Assembly: GCF_032191835.1 (NCBI RefSeq)
Contig: NC_083224.1
Coordinates: 22,444,001 to 22,508,000 of the forward strand
Direction of reading: 5' to 3'
Length of the DNA stretch: 64,000 nt
Origin: Heteronotia binoei
Taxonomy: Eukaryota
A program made the translations under genes and the position numbers. Positions 22,267 through 33,088 of the stretch are shown here, piece after piece. The notes under the pieces are model-generated. The model was not told where the DNA came from. It was given only the letters and a program-made list of their open reading frames with translations, and ran no database searches. Positions within the stretch are counted from its first letter, which is position 1; every line of letters starts with the position of its first letter.

Positions 22267-23424
22267 CCCTAATGTATATTTCTCCTCCCCACCTATTGCA
22301 AATGAGTTTGATGACTAGCCCCGTAGCCAGGATTTCAAATGTTGGGGGCCATTTAAAATTCTCAGAGGGTACTTTAATTAATTTAATTCTTGCCAGGGAG
22401 CTGTGCACTGCTGCTCTATCTGTCTGACCTTTGCCAGACTGTCCTTTTCAGCAGCAAGGCGCAAGCCTTACTTTCCAAAGGGCCATCTCTCCCCTCTGGT
22501 CTCTGAACAGGGAGGACCAACCTCTCGCAGTCTGCCCATTTGCTTCCCAGGCAGAGGTAGCAAGAAGGGAAGGCTGTGAGTCGGGCCCTGAGTAATTTTC
22601 CTTGCAGCAGCCAGCAAAAAAAGGCAGGAAGAGCCTGGGAACTGAGACTCAGCCTGGGAGCTTCAAAGAGGGCTTCAAAGAGCCTTTGAAACTCCCAGGC
22701 TGAAAGAATTTCTGTCTCAGCTTCAAAGAGCCTGGGAACTGAAAGAGACTCAGCCTTAGAGTTTCAAAGGGTAAGGACAGGTGGGAGGTGGAGGGGGAAA
22801 GAGCCCTGAGGGCCTGACCAAAGCCCTGGAGGGGCAGGTTCTGGCCTGCCGGCCAGATGTTTAACATCCCTGTTCTAGAGGGTTTCAGTGAATGTGCTCC
22901 CTCATGGGATTTGGAATTTCACCTGACACCAGATGGCAAGAGACTATAATTAAGCCATGGAGAAGCAATGCTGACTCCACTATTTCGCAGGATAGATGCC
23001 CTGACTATGCCAGGCCTCATTGCAAGGAACAGCTACATAGAAAATGCTCAAGTCTCTATCTTGGACTTGGAATCTTTAAGATGGTGCCATCGAACATCAG
23101 GTATTGATGTATCAGATAGAAGTTAGCTTTCTTGTTTTAACGCTACAAAGTTATAAGGATTGTATTATCTGGTGCTATCCTGATTCTTTAACTACGGAAT
23201 AAACCTCCATTTGTTTTACCAAGGTCTGGTTTCTTGTATGCATATAGTCCTGAGGACCCATGACTCTTTAGTGCTGCCTGCTTGCCCAAGAGTTGGGGGC
23301 TCAGAGGGACTTAGGCTTGGATCCATGACAGGACCACTTTATTGAGTCCTGTATCTGATGGTCAGCCAGAGGAGTGACCATAGAGGGGGAGTAATATGTA
23401 TGGTCCATTTTTTGTTGTTGTTGC

Positions 23425-23605
23425 CATCATCACAGCTGACTTATGGTGACCCTCTAGGGTTTTCAAAGCAAGAGAAGTTCAGAGGTGGCTTGCCATTGCT
23501 TGCCTCCGTGTCAGGACCCTGGTATACCGTGGAGGTCTCCCATCCAAATAGTAGCCAGATGCAACCTTGCTTAGCATCCAAGTTCTGACGATATCAGGCT
23601 AGCCT
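23425..23605 (-). mobile_element. 5S-derived SINE (copy at 54017-54197)
   Basis: Minus strand ctaagcaagg..tatttggatgggagacctcc resembles 5S, followed by a BovB-like tail. Confidence 0.7.
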
Positions 23606-23679
23606 GAACTATTGATCTACCTTTCGATAATAGCTGAGCTATGGTATCCTGCACCAACGGGAGTTTCATAATTGATGTT

Positions 23680-23952
23680 GAAGAAGACTGCAGTTTTATA
23701 CCCCGCTCTTCTCTCTGAATCAGAGACTCAGAGCGGCTTACAATCTCCCATATCTTCTCCCCCCACAACAGACACCCTGTGAGGTGGGTGAGGCTGAGAG
23801 GGCTCTCACAGCAGCTGCCCTTTCAAGGACAACACCTACAAGAGCTATGGCTGACCCAAGGCCATTCCAGCAGGTGCAAGTGGAGGAGTGGGGAATCAAA
23901 CCTGGTTCACCCAGATAAGAGTCCGCACACTTAACCACTACACCAAACTAGC
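23680..23952 (-). mobile_element. Squam3-like SINE (copy at 54272-54544)
   Basis: Highly similar to 19211-19485. Confidence 0.85.
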
Positions 23953-24044
23953 TCACCAACAAGACTCCTGCTTAGAAGCCAAATTTGAGGGGGAGGGAAT
24001 ACAATTAGATGTCCTGTGTAGGACTGTTTTCACCTGATGGCCCA

Positions 24045-24457
24045 GAAGACTAGCCCAGTTTCAGTAGTTCTCAGAAACTAAACAGGGCCAGCCCTGGTTA
24101 GTATTTGAATGAGAGACCACCAAGGAAACCCAGGGTTGCTACAGCAGAGACAGGCAATCACAAATCAACTCTGAAAGCATCTTGCCTTGAAGAAGAAGAC
24201 TGCAGATTTATACCCCGCTCTTCTCTCTGAATCAGAGACTCAGAGTTGCTTACAATCCCCTATATCTTCTCCCCCCACAACAGACACCCTGTGAGGTGGG
24301 TGAAGCTGAGAGGGCTCTCACAGCAGCTTTCAAGGAGAACTCCTGCGAGAGCTATGGCTAACCCAAGGCCATTCCAGCAGGTGCAAGTGGAGGAGTGGGG
24401 AATCAAACCTGGTTCTCCCAGATAAGAGTGTGCACTTAACCACTACACCAAACTGAC
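24045..24457. mobile_element. 5S-derived SINE (+, 24045-24188) abutted or interrupted by a Squam3-like SINE (-, 24189-24457); copy at 54637-55049
   Basis: gccctggttagtatttgaatgagagaccacc 5S motif, then the gaagaagactgcagatttataccc SINE tail. Confidence 0.75.
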
Positions 24458-24664
24458 CTTGAGGGAAGGTCAGTGGACAGTGCATGACAGTCTTCTAGTC
24501 TGGATGTCACTGTGGCCTGGATCCAGGTGGCCAGATCAGCCATGTCAAGGTGAGGGGCCATCTTATTGGCTAGGCTGAGTTGGGAGAAGGCATTATTTGG
24601 AACTGTGTTAACTTCTCCTGCAATAATGTTGGATCTAGTCTAATCCCAAGTAAGTCAGAAAGGG

Positions 24665-24860
24665 TCAGGTAAACATCCACTGGGTCACCTTGTCCACATT
24701 TTTGTTCACCCCCTCAAAGAGCTCTAAAAGGTTAGCGAGATAAGATTTTCCCTTACGGAATCCATGCTGATTCTTCCTCAATGGCTTTTGTTCATCAGTT
24801 AGCCTAAGCAATTCTGTCTTTAATAACGGATCCTGTCAATTTAACCAGTAGCGATGTGCA
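24665..24860 (-). mobile_element. CR1 RT fragment (copy at 55257-55452)
   Basis: Minus-strand translation QHGFRKGKSYLANLLELFEGVNKNVDK. Confidence 0.75.
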
Positions 24861-25524
24861 TGTGGACTAAGGTTATGTTTAATTAGCGTTCCTGCCTGGC
24901 TCATTGGAGCCTGAAGGTCTGAGCTTGGGGACTCGGGAACAAAGGGCAGTAGGGTCCAAAACCCCTGCTCCAATCACGGGCCTCCTGCTGGTTTGAATGA
25001 TCCAATGGTGTCCTAGCGCAGGAACCCTGAACTGTATATAGTTGGCCGCGTTGCGCCTGATCCAGCCTGGGATGCGTCCCCACCTCCACCCTGCCCAGGA
25101 GCAGAGCCTTGTGCAGAGGTGCTCCTGAGCAGCCTCACTGAGCTGCATTATAATGCATCGCCGACTGCAGCGGGGCTAAATGAAGCCCAGACCCAATTTT
25201 GCACTAGACCCAGGGTGGCCAAACTTGCTTAAGGTAAGAACCACATAAAATAAATGTCAGATATTTGAGAGCCTCAAGTCATGAACATCGGACGTTTGAG
25301 AGCTGCAAGGAAGGAAGGAAAACAGATGGGGAGGGAGAAGTGGGAAAAAAGCAACTTTAAATGTGTTCTCCAAGCCACCAGCTGGCTGGGCTTGGAGAAG
25401 TGATTTAAAGAGACAAAAGCCTTCTCCAAGCTGGCCAACTGGACAGTGGGGGCTTCAAGAGCCACACAATATGTGTGAAAGAGCCACATGTGGCTCCTGA
25501 GCCACAGTTTGGCCATCCCTTTGA

Positions 25525-25659
25525 TAGACCTTTAACCCTGGTTTAGCTCCGTCTCCAAGCTGACATTCTACACTAGAATCATAGTCATAAACTTGGTTTC
25601 TATGATTCTAGTGTAGAATGCCAGTTTGGGGACAGAGTTAAACCAGGATTAAAGGTCTA
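25525..25659. mobile_element. Palindromic MITE: 60-bp arms (54/60 matched), 15-nt loop, TA at both outer ends (copy at 56117-56251)
   Basis: Arms 25525-25584 and 25600-25659 compared by hand. Confidence 0.8.
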
Positions 25660-25664
25660 GTGCG

Positions 25665-26780
25665 AAACTGGTCTCAGTCTCGCCGGGGGTGGGGGGAGGA
25701 TTTTTACAGAGAGGGCAGGGAGCTTCTTTGGGAGGGGGTGGGGGTCTGCAGCTGTGAAAGGATTAAAAGAGCCGATCTGTTTGCTAGAGAGGGCGGGTGT
25801 GTGTGTGTGTGCTTCAAACAGGCAGGAACAGCGTGGCAGCCGGAGCCTGGGAATCTTCCCTCCCCACCAAGTCCTTTCGGTCTCCGAAGACACAAATTCG
25901 GCTCTAGCGTGGTTGGGGGAGACGGGGGTGTTTGAATCCTTTGCAGACAGGGATGCTCGCCTCTGTCGGGGTTTTCCTTTCGGAGCCCCCGGGGGCGGGG
26001 GGTGGTCCCGAGGTGCTTGCGGGACAGGGTAAAAGCCGAGCGGGCATCAAACAAGTAGTCTGCCCCAAAAGACCCTGGGATGCATCACAGACACTCCAGA
26101 ACAACATTCCAGAACAAAAAGCTAGAAGGGGGTGTTAAAATGCAGCCTCCTGTCTTGGGATCGGGTCTCCGTCCCTTCCCTCCCGGATATACTGTATTGC
26201 TAAAAACTCCTAGGCACGGGGCCATCTCTGCTTGCATTTGAGGTCCGGCGCTGTCTCTCCACTGGGTCAGAGAAATCCAGCCTCCCCTGTGTGTAAAACA
26301 AACAAACAAACAAAAACCCTCAGTCTCGCGGCGGATCTTTACGGGAAGGGCAGGGAGCTTTTTTCGCACGTTTGCAGCCGTGAAAGGGTTAACAGAGAAA
26401 AGATGTTTGCTAGAGAGGCCGAGCAAGGGAGGGGCGGAAAAGGAAGAGAGGACCGGGAGCGGGTGTGTGTGTGTGTGTGGCTTCAGACATGCAAAAGGCC
26501 GGGAAGGTTCCCTCCCCAGTAAGTCTCTTCGGGATCCGGAGACACCAATGGGTTCGGGGAGAGGGGGGCGTTGAAATCCTCTTAAAACCTGCTGTTCTTC
26601 TCTGTCTGGGTTTCCCTTTGTCAGCCTGGATGGGCTCACCTTTGGGGGGGTGGGGGTCTGCAGGGCTTGCAAGGCGGCTCTTTCCCAGGCGGCCTCTGGG
26701 GGATCGGGACCAGCCGGGTAGGGGGTAGATGAGGATGGGGGCGCTCCCAGGCCTGCAGCATCCCTGCTGGAGGGTGGAAA
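25665..26780 (+). promoter_or_regulatory. CpG-rich putative promoter and first non-coding exon; two diverged modules (25665-25990 and 26318-26650), donor GTAAGT at 26519
   Basis: High CpG density about 2.2-3.3 kb upstream of the SCAN ATG; GGGCGG boxes; strong donor. Confidence 0.6.
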
Positions 26781-26874
26781 GATTTTAGCCGGGATAGATT
26801 TTATTTAACATTTTAAAAGGGTTTTTTTTTGTATCTTTTGTACTGTTTTATCAGGTATATTTTATACGCTCTAT

Positions 26875-27086
26875 GGGAGGGACGGTGGCTCAGTGGTAGA
26901 GCATCTGCTTGGTAAGTGGAAGGTCCCAGATTCAATCCCTGGCATCTCCAACTATAAAAAGGGTCCAGGCAAGTAGGCACGAAAAACCTCAACTTGAGAC
27001 CCTGGAAGAGCCGCTGCCAGTCTGAGTAGACAATACTGACTTTGATGGACCGAGGGTCTGATTCACTATAAGTCAACTTCATATGT
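26875..27086 (+). mobile_element. tRNA-derived SINE with CR1-like tail (copy at 57467-57678)
   Basis: A box tggctcagtgg, B box gattcaatccc; tail gatggaccgagggtctgattcactataag. Confidence 0.8.
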
Positions 27087-27224
27087 AAACCTGCAGTCCC
27101 GTACCAGGGAGCGGGATATAAATTTGATTAAATAAATACCCACCAAGGTATCCCAGGGGTGTTCCCAATGGAATGTCGGCTGCGGGGTGACATGATAGAG
27201 GGTTACAAGATTATGCATGGGATG

Positions 27225-27566
27225 AAGAAAGTAGAGAAATAAGTACTTTTCTCCCTTTCTCGCAATACAAGAACTCGTGAGCATTCAATGAAATTGCTGA
27301 GCAGTCAGGTTAAAACAGATAGAAGGAAGTACTTCTTCACCCAAAGGGTGATTAACATGTGGAATTCACTGCCACAGGAGGTGGTGGTGGCTACAAACAT
27401 AGCCGGCTTCAAGAGGGGGTTAGATAAAAATATGGAGCAGAGGTCCATCAGTGGCTATTAGCCACAGTGTGTGTGTGTGTGTGTGTGTGTATTTGGCCAC
27501 TGTGTGACACAGTGTTGGACTGGATGGGCCATTGGCCTGATCCGACATGGCTTCTCTTATGTTCTT
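27225..27566 (+). mobile_element. CR1 LINE 3' end with internal (GT)n (copy at 57817-58158)
   Basis: aggaagtacttcttcacccaaagggtg..tggaattcactgccacagg ORF2 tail and terminal ttctcttatgttctt. Confidence 0.88.
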
Positions 27567-27699
27567 AAGGAATCATTCGTGCTGATTGGCTGCCCAAGAG
27601 ACCCACACATTTGGGCCAATGGTCCCCCGCATAATGGGGCCAGTTTCGGGATGGGGGTGGGGCATGTTTTATTTATTTGCTTTAATTATAGAACAAAGT

Positions 27700-28015
27700 T
27701 TAAGTCAACCAGCACCTTTAAAACAAAGTTTTATTCAAGGTATAAGCTTTTGTGTGCAAGCGCAGTTCTTCAGACTAGTCCAGGTTTTTGCATTTGTGAG
27801 AACGGAAATAAATATCAGTCTGTACCTGTCCAAGTTTCTTCATAAGGCTGATGGCTAAATGTGGAGCCCTCCAGTGAAGATAGATTCAGGCAGGTACCCA
27901 TGTTTGCATATGAAAGCTCATATCTTGAATAAAAAAAAATTGTCTTAAAAGGTGCCACTGGACTCAGACTTCGTTTTGCTGCTTCAGACCAACACAGCTA
28001 TCCACCTGAATCTAC
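27700..28015. mobile_element. Two oppositely oriented Penelope-like terminal fragments (copy at 58292-58607)
   Basis: gaaagctcatatcttgaataaa..aaggtgccactggact..gcttcagaccaacac on the plus strand and a related motif on the minus strand; recognised from memory. Confidence 0.5.
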
Positions 28016-28670
28016 ATTTAATTATAGTCTGCCATTTAATGGGACTCAATGTAAATAGGATGGTATTTTCAATAAACTATGAAATAGAATTTGGGTTGTA
28101 GAAATCTGAAAAACAGTATTGAAGGAAAGCATAACTGTTTACATGACCCAATCCATAATGCAAAATTTTACATAGCGGGATTCAAATTATAGCAAACTAT
28201 ACACGCCAATATAGACTCCAGTCCCCAAGAATTCATCCAAGTACTTTGTGAAGCCTTTTCTACCGTGCTACCCTATTGCTTTGGTAGAGAAGTCCTCTTG
28301 AATGATTAAGTTTTACTTAGTTTGCCAAAAGGCAGGTGAGTGGGAGCCTTCCTGACTTTCTCAGGAATGCCAACTTCGTCTAGTAGTTAAGGAGTGGTGG
28401 ACTCTAATGGTTAACCCCTTACCAGTCTCATTGTCTCATCAGGTTACCTTGAGATATACCCACTAGACAGACTGATCCCTAGAAATCAGAAGCCAAGCTC
28501 ATAACATCCCCAACAGATTTTTTTAACAAGTAAATATTGGTGTTTTTGTTGCCTGGAGGACCAAACAACCATATCTTTAAAAGCAAGATGTGTAAAATAC
28601 CACAGTGACATTAATATTCATCAGTAAACTACAAAGACACTCTTTCTGATCCATTGAGTAATCCTTAGGT

Positions 28671-28810
28671 CAGGGGTGGGCAAGGGTAGCTCTCCAGATT
28701 TTTTTTTTTGCCTACAACTCCCATCAGCCCCAGCCATTGGCCATGCTGGCTGGGACTGATGGGAGTTGTAGGCAAAAAAACATCTGGAGAGCTACCCTTG
28801 TCCACCCCTG
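28671..28810. mobile_element. hAT MITE, 140-bp hairpin with perfect 8-bp TSD CCTTAGGT (copy at 59263-59402)
   Basis: TSD at 28663-28670 and 28811-28818; TIR caggggtgggcaaggg / cccttgtccacccctg. Confidence 0.92.
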
Positions 28811-28956
28811 CCTTAGGTGATTCTTCACCAGGGTCAGTGATGTTACTCCATTTTCTGTTCTTCCTGCCCTTTTGATATCTTTCCCGCTCCCTTTTCACAA
28901 CCAGATTAAGAATATATTTCCAGAGTCAGAGGCAACCCAAGAGGAAGGGGAAGGAG

Positions 28957-29379
28957 ATGGAAAAGAAGGACCCTGAAGGCCCTGGGACTGGCAAGGCATC
29001 AAGGAAAGGTTCCCATCCCATTCAAGCAGGGAGTGGTGCTGAATTCTGGGAAAGAGCTGTGCCAGAGATTGTGGTTAAGGATGCTGTAACCACAGTTGTA
29101 CGCAGCCGATGCTTCCGGCAGTTCTGTTACCAGGAGGCTGATGGGCCCCGAGAGGTTTGCAGCCAGCTCCATGGACTTTGTAAGGACTGGCTGGAGCCAG
29201 AGAAGCGCACCAAAAAGGAGATAGTGGACCTGGTGATTCTGGAGCAGTTCCTGGCCATTCTGCCCCAGGAAGTGCAGGGCTGGGTGAGAGGATGCGGGCC
29301 AGAGACCAGTTCCCAGGCAGTGGCCCTGGCTGAAGGTTTCCTCCTGAGTCAGGCAGAGGAGAAGAGGCAGGCACAGCAG
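28957..29379 (+). CDS. SCAN-domain exon (acceptor at 28905, ATG at 28957, donor CAGCAG|gtgagg)
   Basis: [76 protein letters not shown] is a SCAN motif. Confidence 0.95.
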
Positions 29380-32300
29380 GTGAGGAGCTTTCAGTCACTC
29401 CATTCAAGCAATTAACTTTCTTCATCATCAACCTTCAGTTTCTTTAATTCTCCACTGGTCATCATTTTTTCTTCCTGATGTTCAGCTGTAATCTTCCTTT
29501 GACACATTCTGCTTTAGCCTTCATTAGTAATTATTTAAAGTCTTCACTACTTTCTGCCAGTAACACAGTGCCATCTGCACATCTCAGATTGTTAATGTTC
29601 CTTCCACCAATTTTCACTCCACCTTCATCTAAATGTAATCCAGTTTTCCTTATTATACATCCTGCTTATAGACTGAAGAAACAAGAAGATAAAATACATC
29701 TTTGTCTGGCACCCTTCCCAATTGGAAACCATTCTATTTTTTTGTATTCTGTCCTAACAGTGGCTTCTTGCACAGAGTACAGGTTATGCATCAAAATAAT
29801 ATGTTGTAGCACACCTATTTCTTTTCAAACCAACTTTTCTTCATCCCAGTAATTAAAAGCATGGATGTAATCTATGAACCACAACCTGGTTATCTTCTGA
29901 AATTGTCTCCTATGCTCCATTAACCAATGTGAATTTGCAGTATGATCTCAAATGCCTCTTTCTTTTGTGAATCCACGTGGAATATCTGACATTTCTCTTT
30001 CGATATATGACACCAGTCCTTGTTGTAAAATGTTGAGCGTCACTTGACTTGCATGAGGAATTAAGGCAATGGCCCAATAGTTGCTACTATCATTGATGTC
30101 TACATTTTTCAGAATGGGAAAGTAAACTGAAAGTTTCCAATCTGTGGGCCATTGTTTTATCTTCTATCTTTGTTAGCAGATTCTTGTTGAGATTTTGATG
30201 GACTTCTTTTCTGTGGTTTTGATACTGCATCTACTCCTGGTGATTTTTTCCCCCTCCCCATTGTTTGCAATGCACCTTTAATTTCTAAAACTTTCTTTTT
30301 AAAAAAAAGATTTTTCTTGAAAGGAATCTGTTCTCTTTTAATTGCTTAGTAATAATGCCTCAGTGTATCGTTCCTGTCTTTTCTTAGATATTTCTACCCA
30401 GGGCTTTTTTTGTAGCACGACTCCTTTGCATATTAGACCATGCACCTCGGATGTATCCAATCCTCCAAGAGCTTACAGGGCTCTTAGTACAGGGCCTACT
30501 GTAAGCTCCAGGAGGATTGGCTACATCAAGGGTGTGTGGCCTAATATGCAAAGGAGTTCCTGCTACAGAAAAAGCCCGGCTATACCTCTAAATAGTTCAC
30601 TAGACTGGAAAGAAAATCCAACCCTGGTTCTTCCCCAGTGGATATTGCAGCCATGATGGTGAAGTCAGGGATGAAGACTCTGGGTGAGGGTCAGGATCCA
30701 GCCTGTTCCATTCCTTCTCTTATCCCTCTCCCTTGCTGTTGTTTCAGATGTGGGGAGGATCCATGAAGGTGGAAGCAAAGTTCTCTGAGGTAGAAGGAGC
30801 TCCGTCAGAGGAAGGTCGGAGGGCGCAGGCCCAGGAGTTTGCCCAAGATGCCCTGTCAAGTGGTAAGGGGGCCTCCTGACAAAGGGAATTGGGACACTTC
30901 TTGGGAACAGGGTTCAGGAAAAGAGAAAAGGGAAATATTTCTACAGACCACATAGAATGGAGTTTTGGGTAACAGTGCCATGGGATGCCATGATGGTCAC
31001 TCCACTTTAAGGGGAAGTGTAAAGATTCATGGAGGGCAATCCCGTTCTTATTTATATCAGTGGAAATATGCATATCTCACCTTCTTTCCATTGGAAAGAC
31101 TCAAGGCAGCTAAAAAAGAAAAGAAGATAAATCTGGGTGCAGCTATGAGCTAAGGTGAATCAATGGAACCTCCACGTTCCCCTGACCAGCATGGCCCAGA
31201 CTAACCAAGGTCGTCAGATCGCAGAAGCTAAGAATGGTCAGCCCTGATTAGTTTTGGGATTGGGAGACCACCAAAGAAATTCCGGGTTGCTTTGCAGAGG
31301 CAGGCAATGACATACCGCCTCTGAATGTCTCTTGCTTTGAAGAACTGGAGTCCCCATAAGTCAGCTGTGACTTGACAGCACGTTATAAACACACACAGAC
31401 ACACACACACACCCTGTTCTGGCATAGCGAATCTCAGGAAACCCATTGCCAGAGGCCAGCAGTTTGGGCCTCTGTGTCCCAGCTTAAAGACTTTTCAGGG
31501 GCATCTGGGTGGCAACACTCAGAAAGAAGGCACTAGATTAGGGAGCCCAGGCCATGGGGAAGAATGAAAATATGGGGAAGAAGGCCCAGCAAGTGAGAGA
31601 ATGTCACGCTTGGGCTTTTGGTCTGATTTAGCAGGGATACTGAAACCATTTGAGTTCCAGGACTCACAAGACACTTTCAAGTTTCACAGAAGTTTGCAAT
31701 GTATTGGCAGCATTTATTACCTCCCAAGGTTCATGGGTACCTGGTGCTTCTCTTCTGCCTCTCCCACAGTTTACCAATAGTTATTACCAATTTTCTTGAG
31801 TATAAAGAAGACAAGATTTCACAACTCTGGGAATTGGGATGCATAAGCAAGATTAAGAAAAGCAAAGAAAATAGGAATTAGAGGCTAAAATTCTTCCTTC
31901 CCATTTTGGCTCCCTCTCAGGCAGTGAAGAGATGTTATCGAGCCGTTTTCTTTGCAGAGAAGTGGAAACGCCTCCTCGACCTCTGGTCCAGGTAGGGGAG
32001 ATGGATGGGGGATAGTCAGGGCCCTCGCTCCGTTCTTAGGGAAGGTTTTCTTCCTGCTATATGAGGAAGAGAGGCTCTGAACAGCACTGCCTCTACACCT
32101 ACTAAGCTCTACATCCTGCACTCTCACAAACTACTCCGTCAAGAGTGTCAGGTCTCTGCCTGGCATGATCTGTGATGGGGGAATCTGCTTTTTTCTTTCA
32201 GTCTCCATTTTCCTTTGAGGAAGTGGCCGTGTATTTCACCGTGGCAGAGTGGGGCCTGCTGGATCTGGGCCAAAAAGATCTCTACAGGGAAGTCATGCTG

Positions 32301-33002
32301 GAGAACTATGAAAGTGTGGCTTTTCTGGGTAAGGATCTTTCATAGGTGCTAAAGGTGTGAATTGCTGCCATTGGAATGATGCATGAATCAACAGCAATAT
32401 ATGTTTGTGAGGCCAGGGCAGTTAATTGACCACCACTGGGTGTCTCGAGAAGTTGGGGTCACCATTAATGTGATGTTCAGCATGGCCAGGTAGAGCGATA
32501 CAAGCCACCCCACTGATCCAGGGGTAGCTGAGGCCAGTATTATAGCCATCACCCAAGGACAAGGCAGACTTGAGTGGCCCTCTGAAAGACTCTGGAAGGA
32601 CCAGATCCTAATTTCTCAGTTGTCAGCCTTTACAACATCCCTTGTAAAGAGGCCATCCACTCTGACTGTAACCTGAAAAAGATCCATCCCCCTTAGAGTG
32701 ACTAGCCTTGTGAGCTTTGACCTTGACCATGGTTCTGTCCTTCCAGAGGAAATTTGCTCTTTCTTGGATTTCTCTCCTTCCCTATATAAAAATGATCTTT
32801 CTTCTCTTTCCCTCCCTCCCTCCCTCCCTCCCTCTTCCTCTGTCCCTCAAAGAAGCCAGGAATGTAAAAGATCCTATGTTTGAGATAGACAAGGGCCTTG
32901 CATCTGAAGAATGGCTAGAGAGTTTTTCCGGAAGATCTCAAGAGACTATTTCCTCCCAAGTGAACTGGCAGCAAGTGGGTATCCTCTACAGTTATGTCAA
33001 GG

Positions 33003-33088
<86 letters not shown>

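Larger units (their letters stand above)
1..29460. repeat. Segmental tandem duplication, copy 1 (period 30,592 bp; may extend upstream of the window)
   Basis: All ORFs from 73 to 29431 recur with identical translation at +30,592. Spot-checked (AAT)28 and poly-T11 tracts match. First difference seen at 29461 (a) vs 60053 (g). Confidence 0.97.

Noticed and set aside
22890-23330. Possible plus-strand solo LTR (AATAAA near 23199, ends ...atgaca); similar hint on the minus strand at 10409-10814
   Set aside because: No TSD or clear termini; cannot be supported without a library search.
26875-26950. tRNA-like sequence with A and B boxes
   Set aside because: Continues into a SINE body and CR1-like tail; no convincing acceptor stem.
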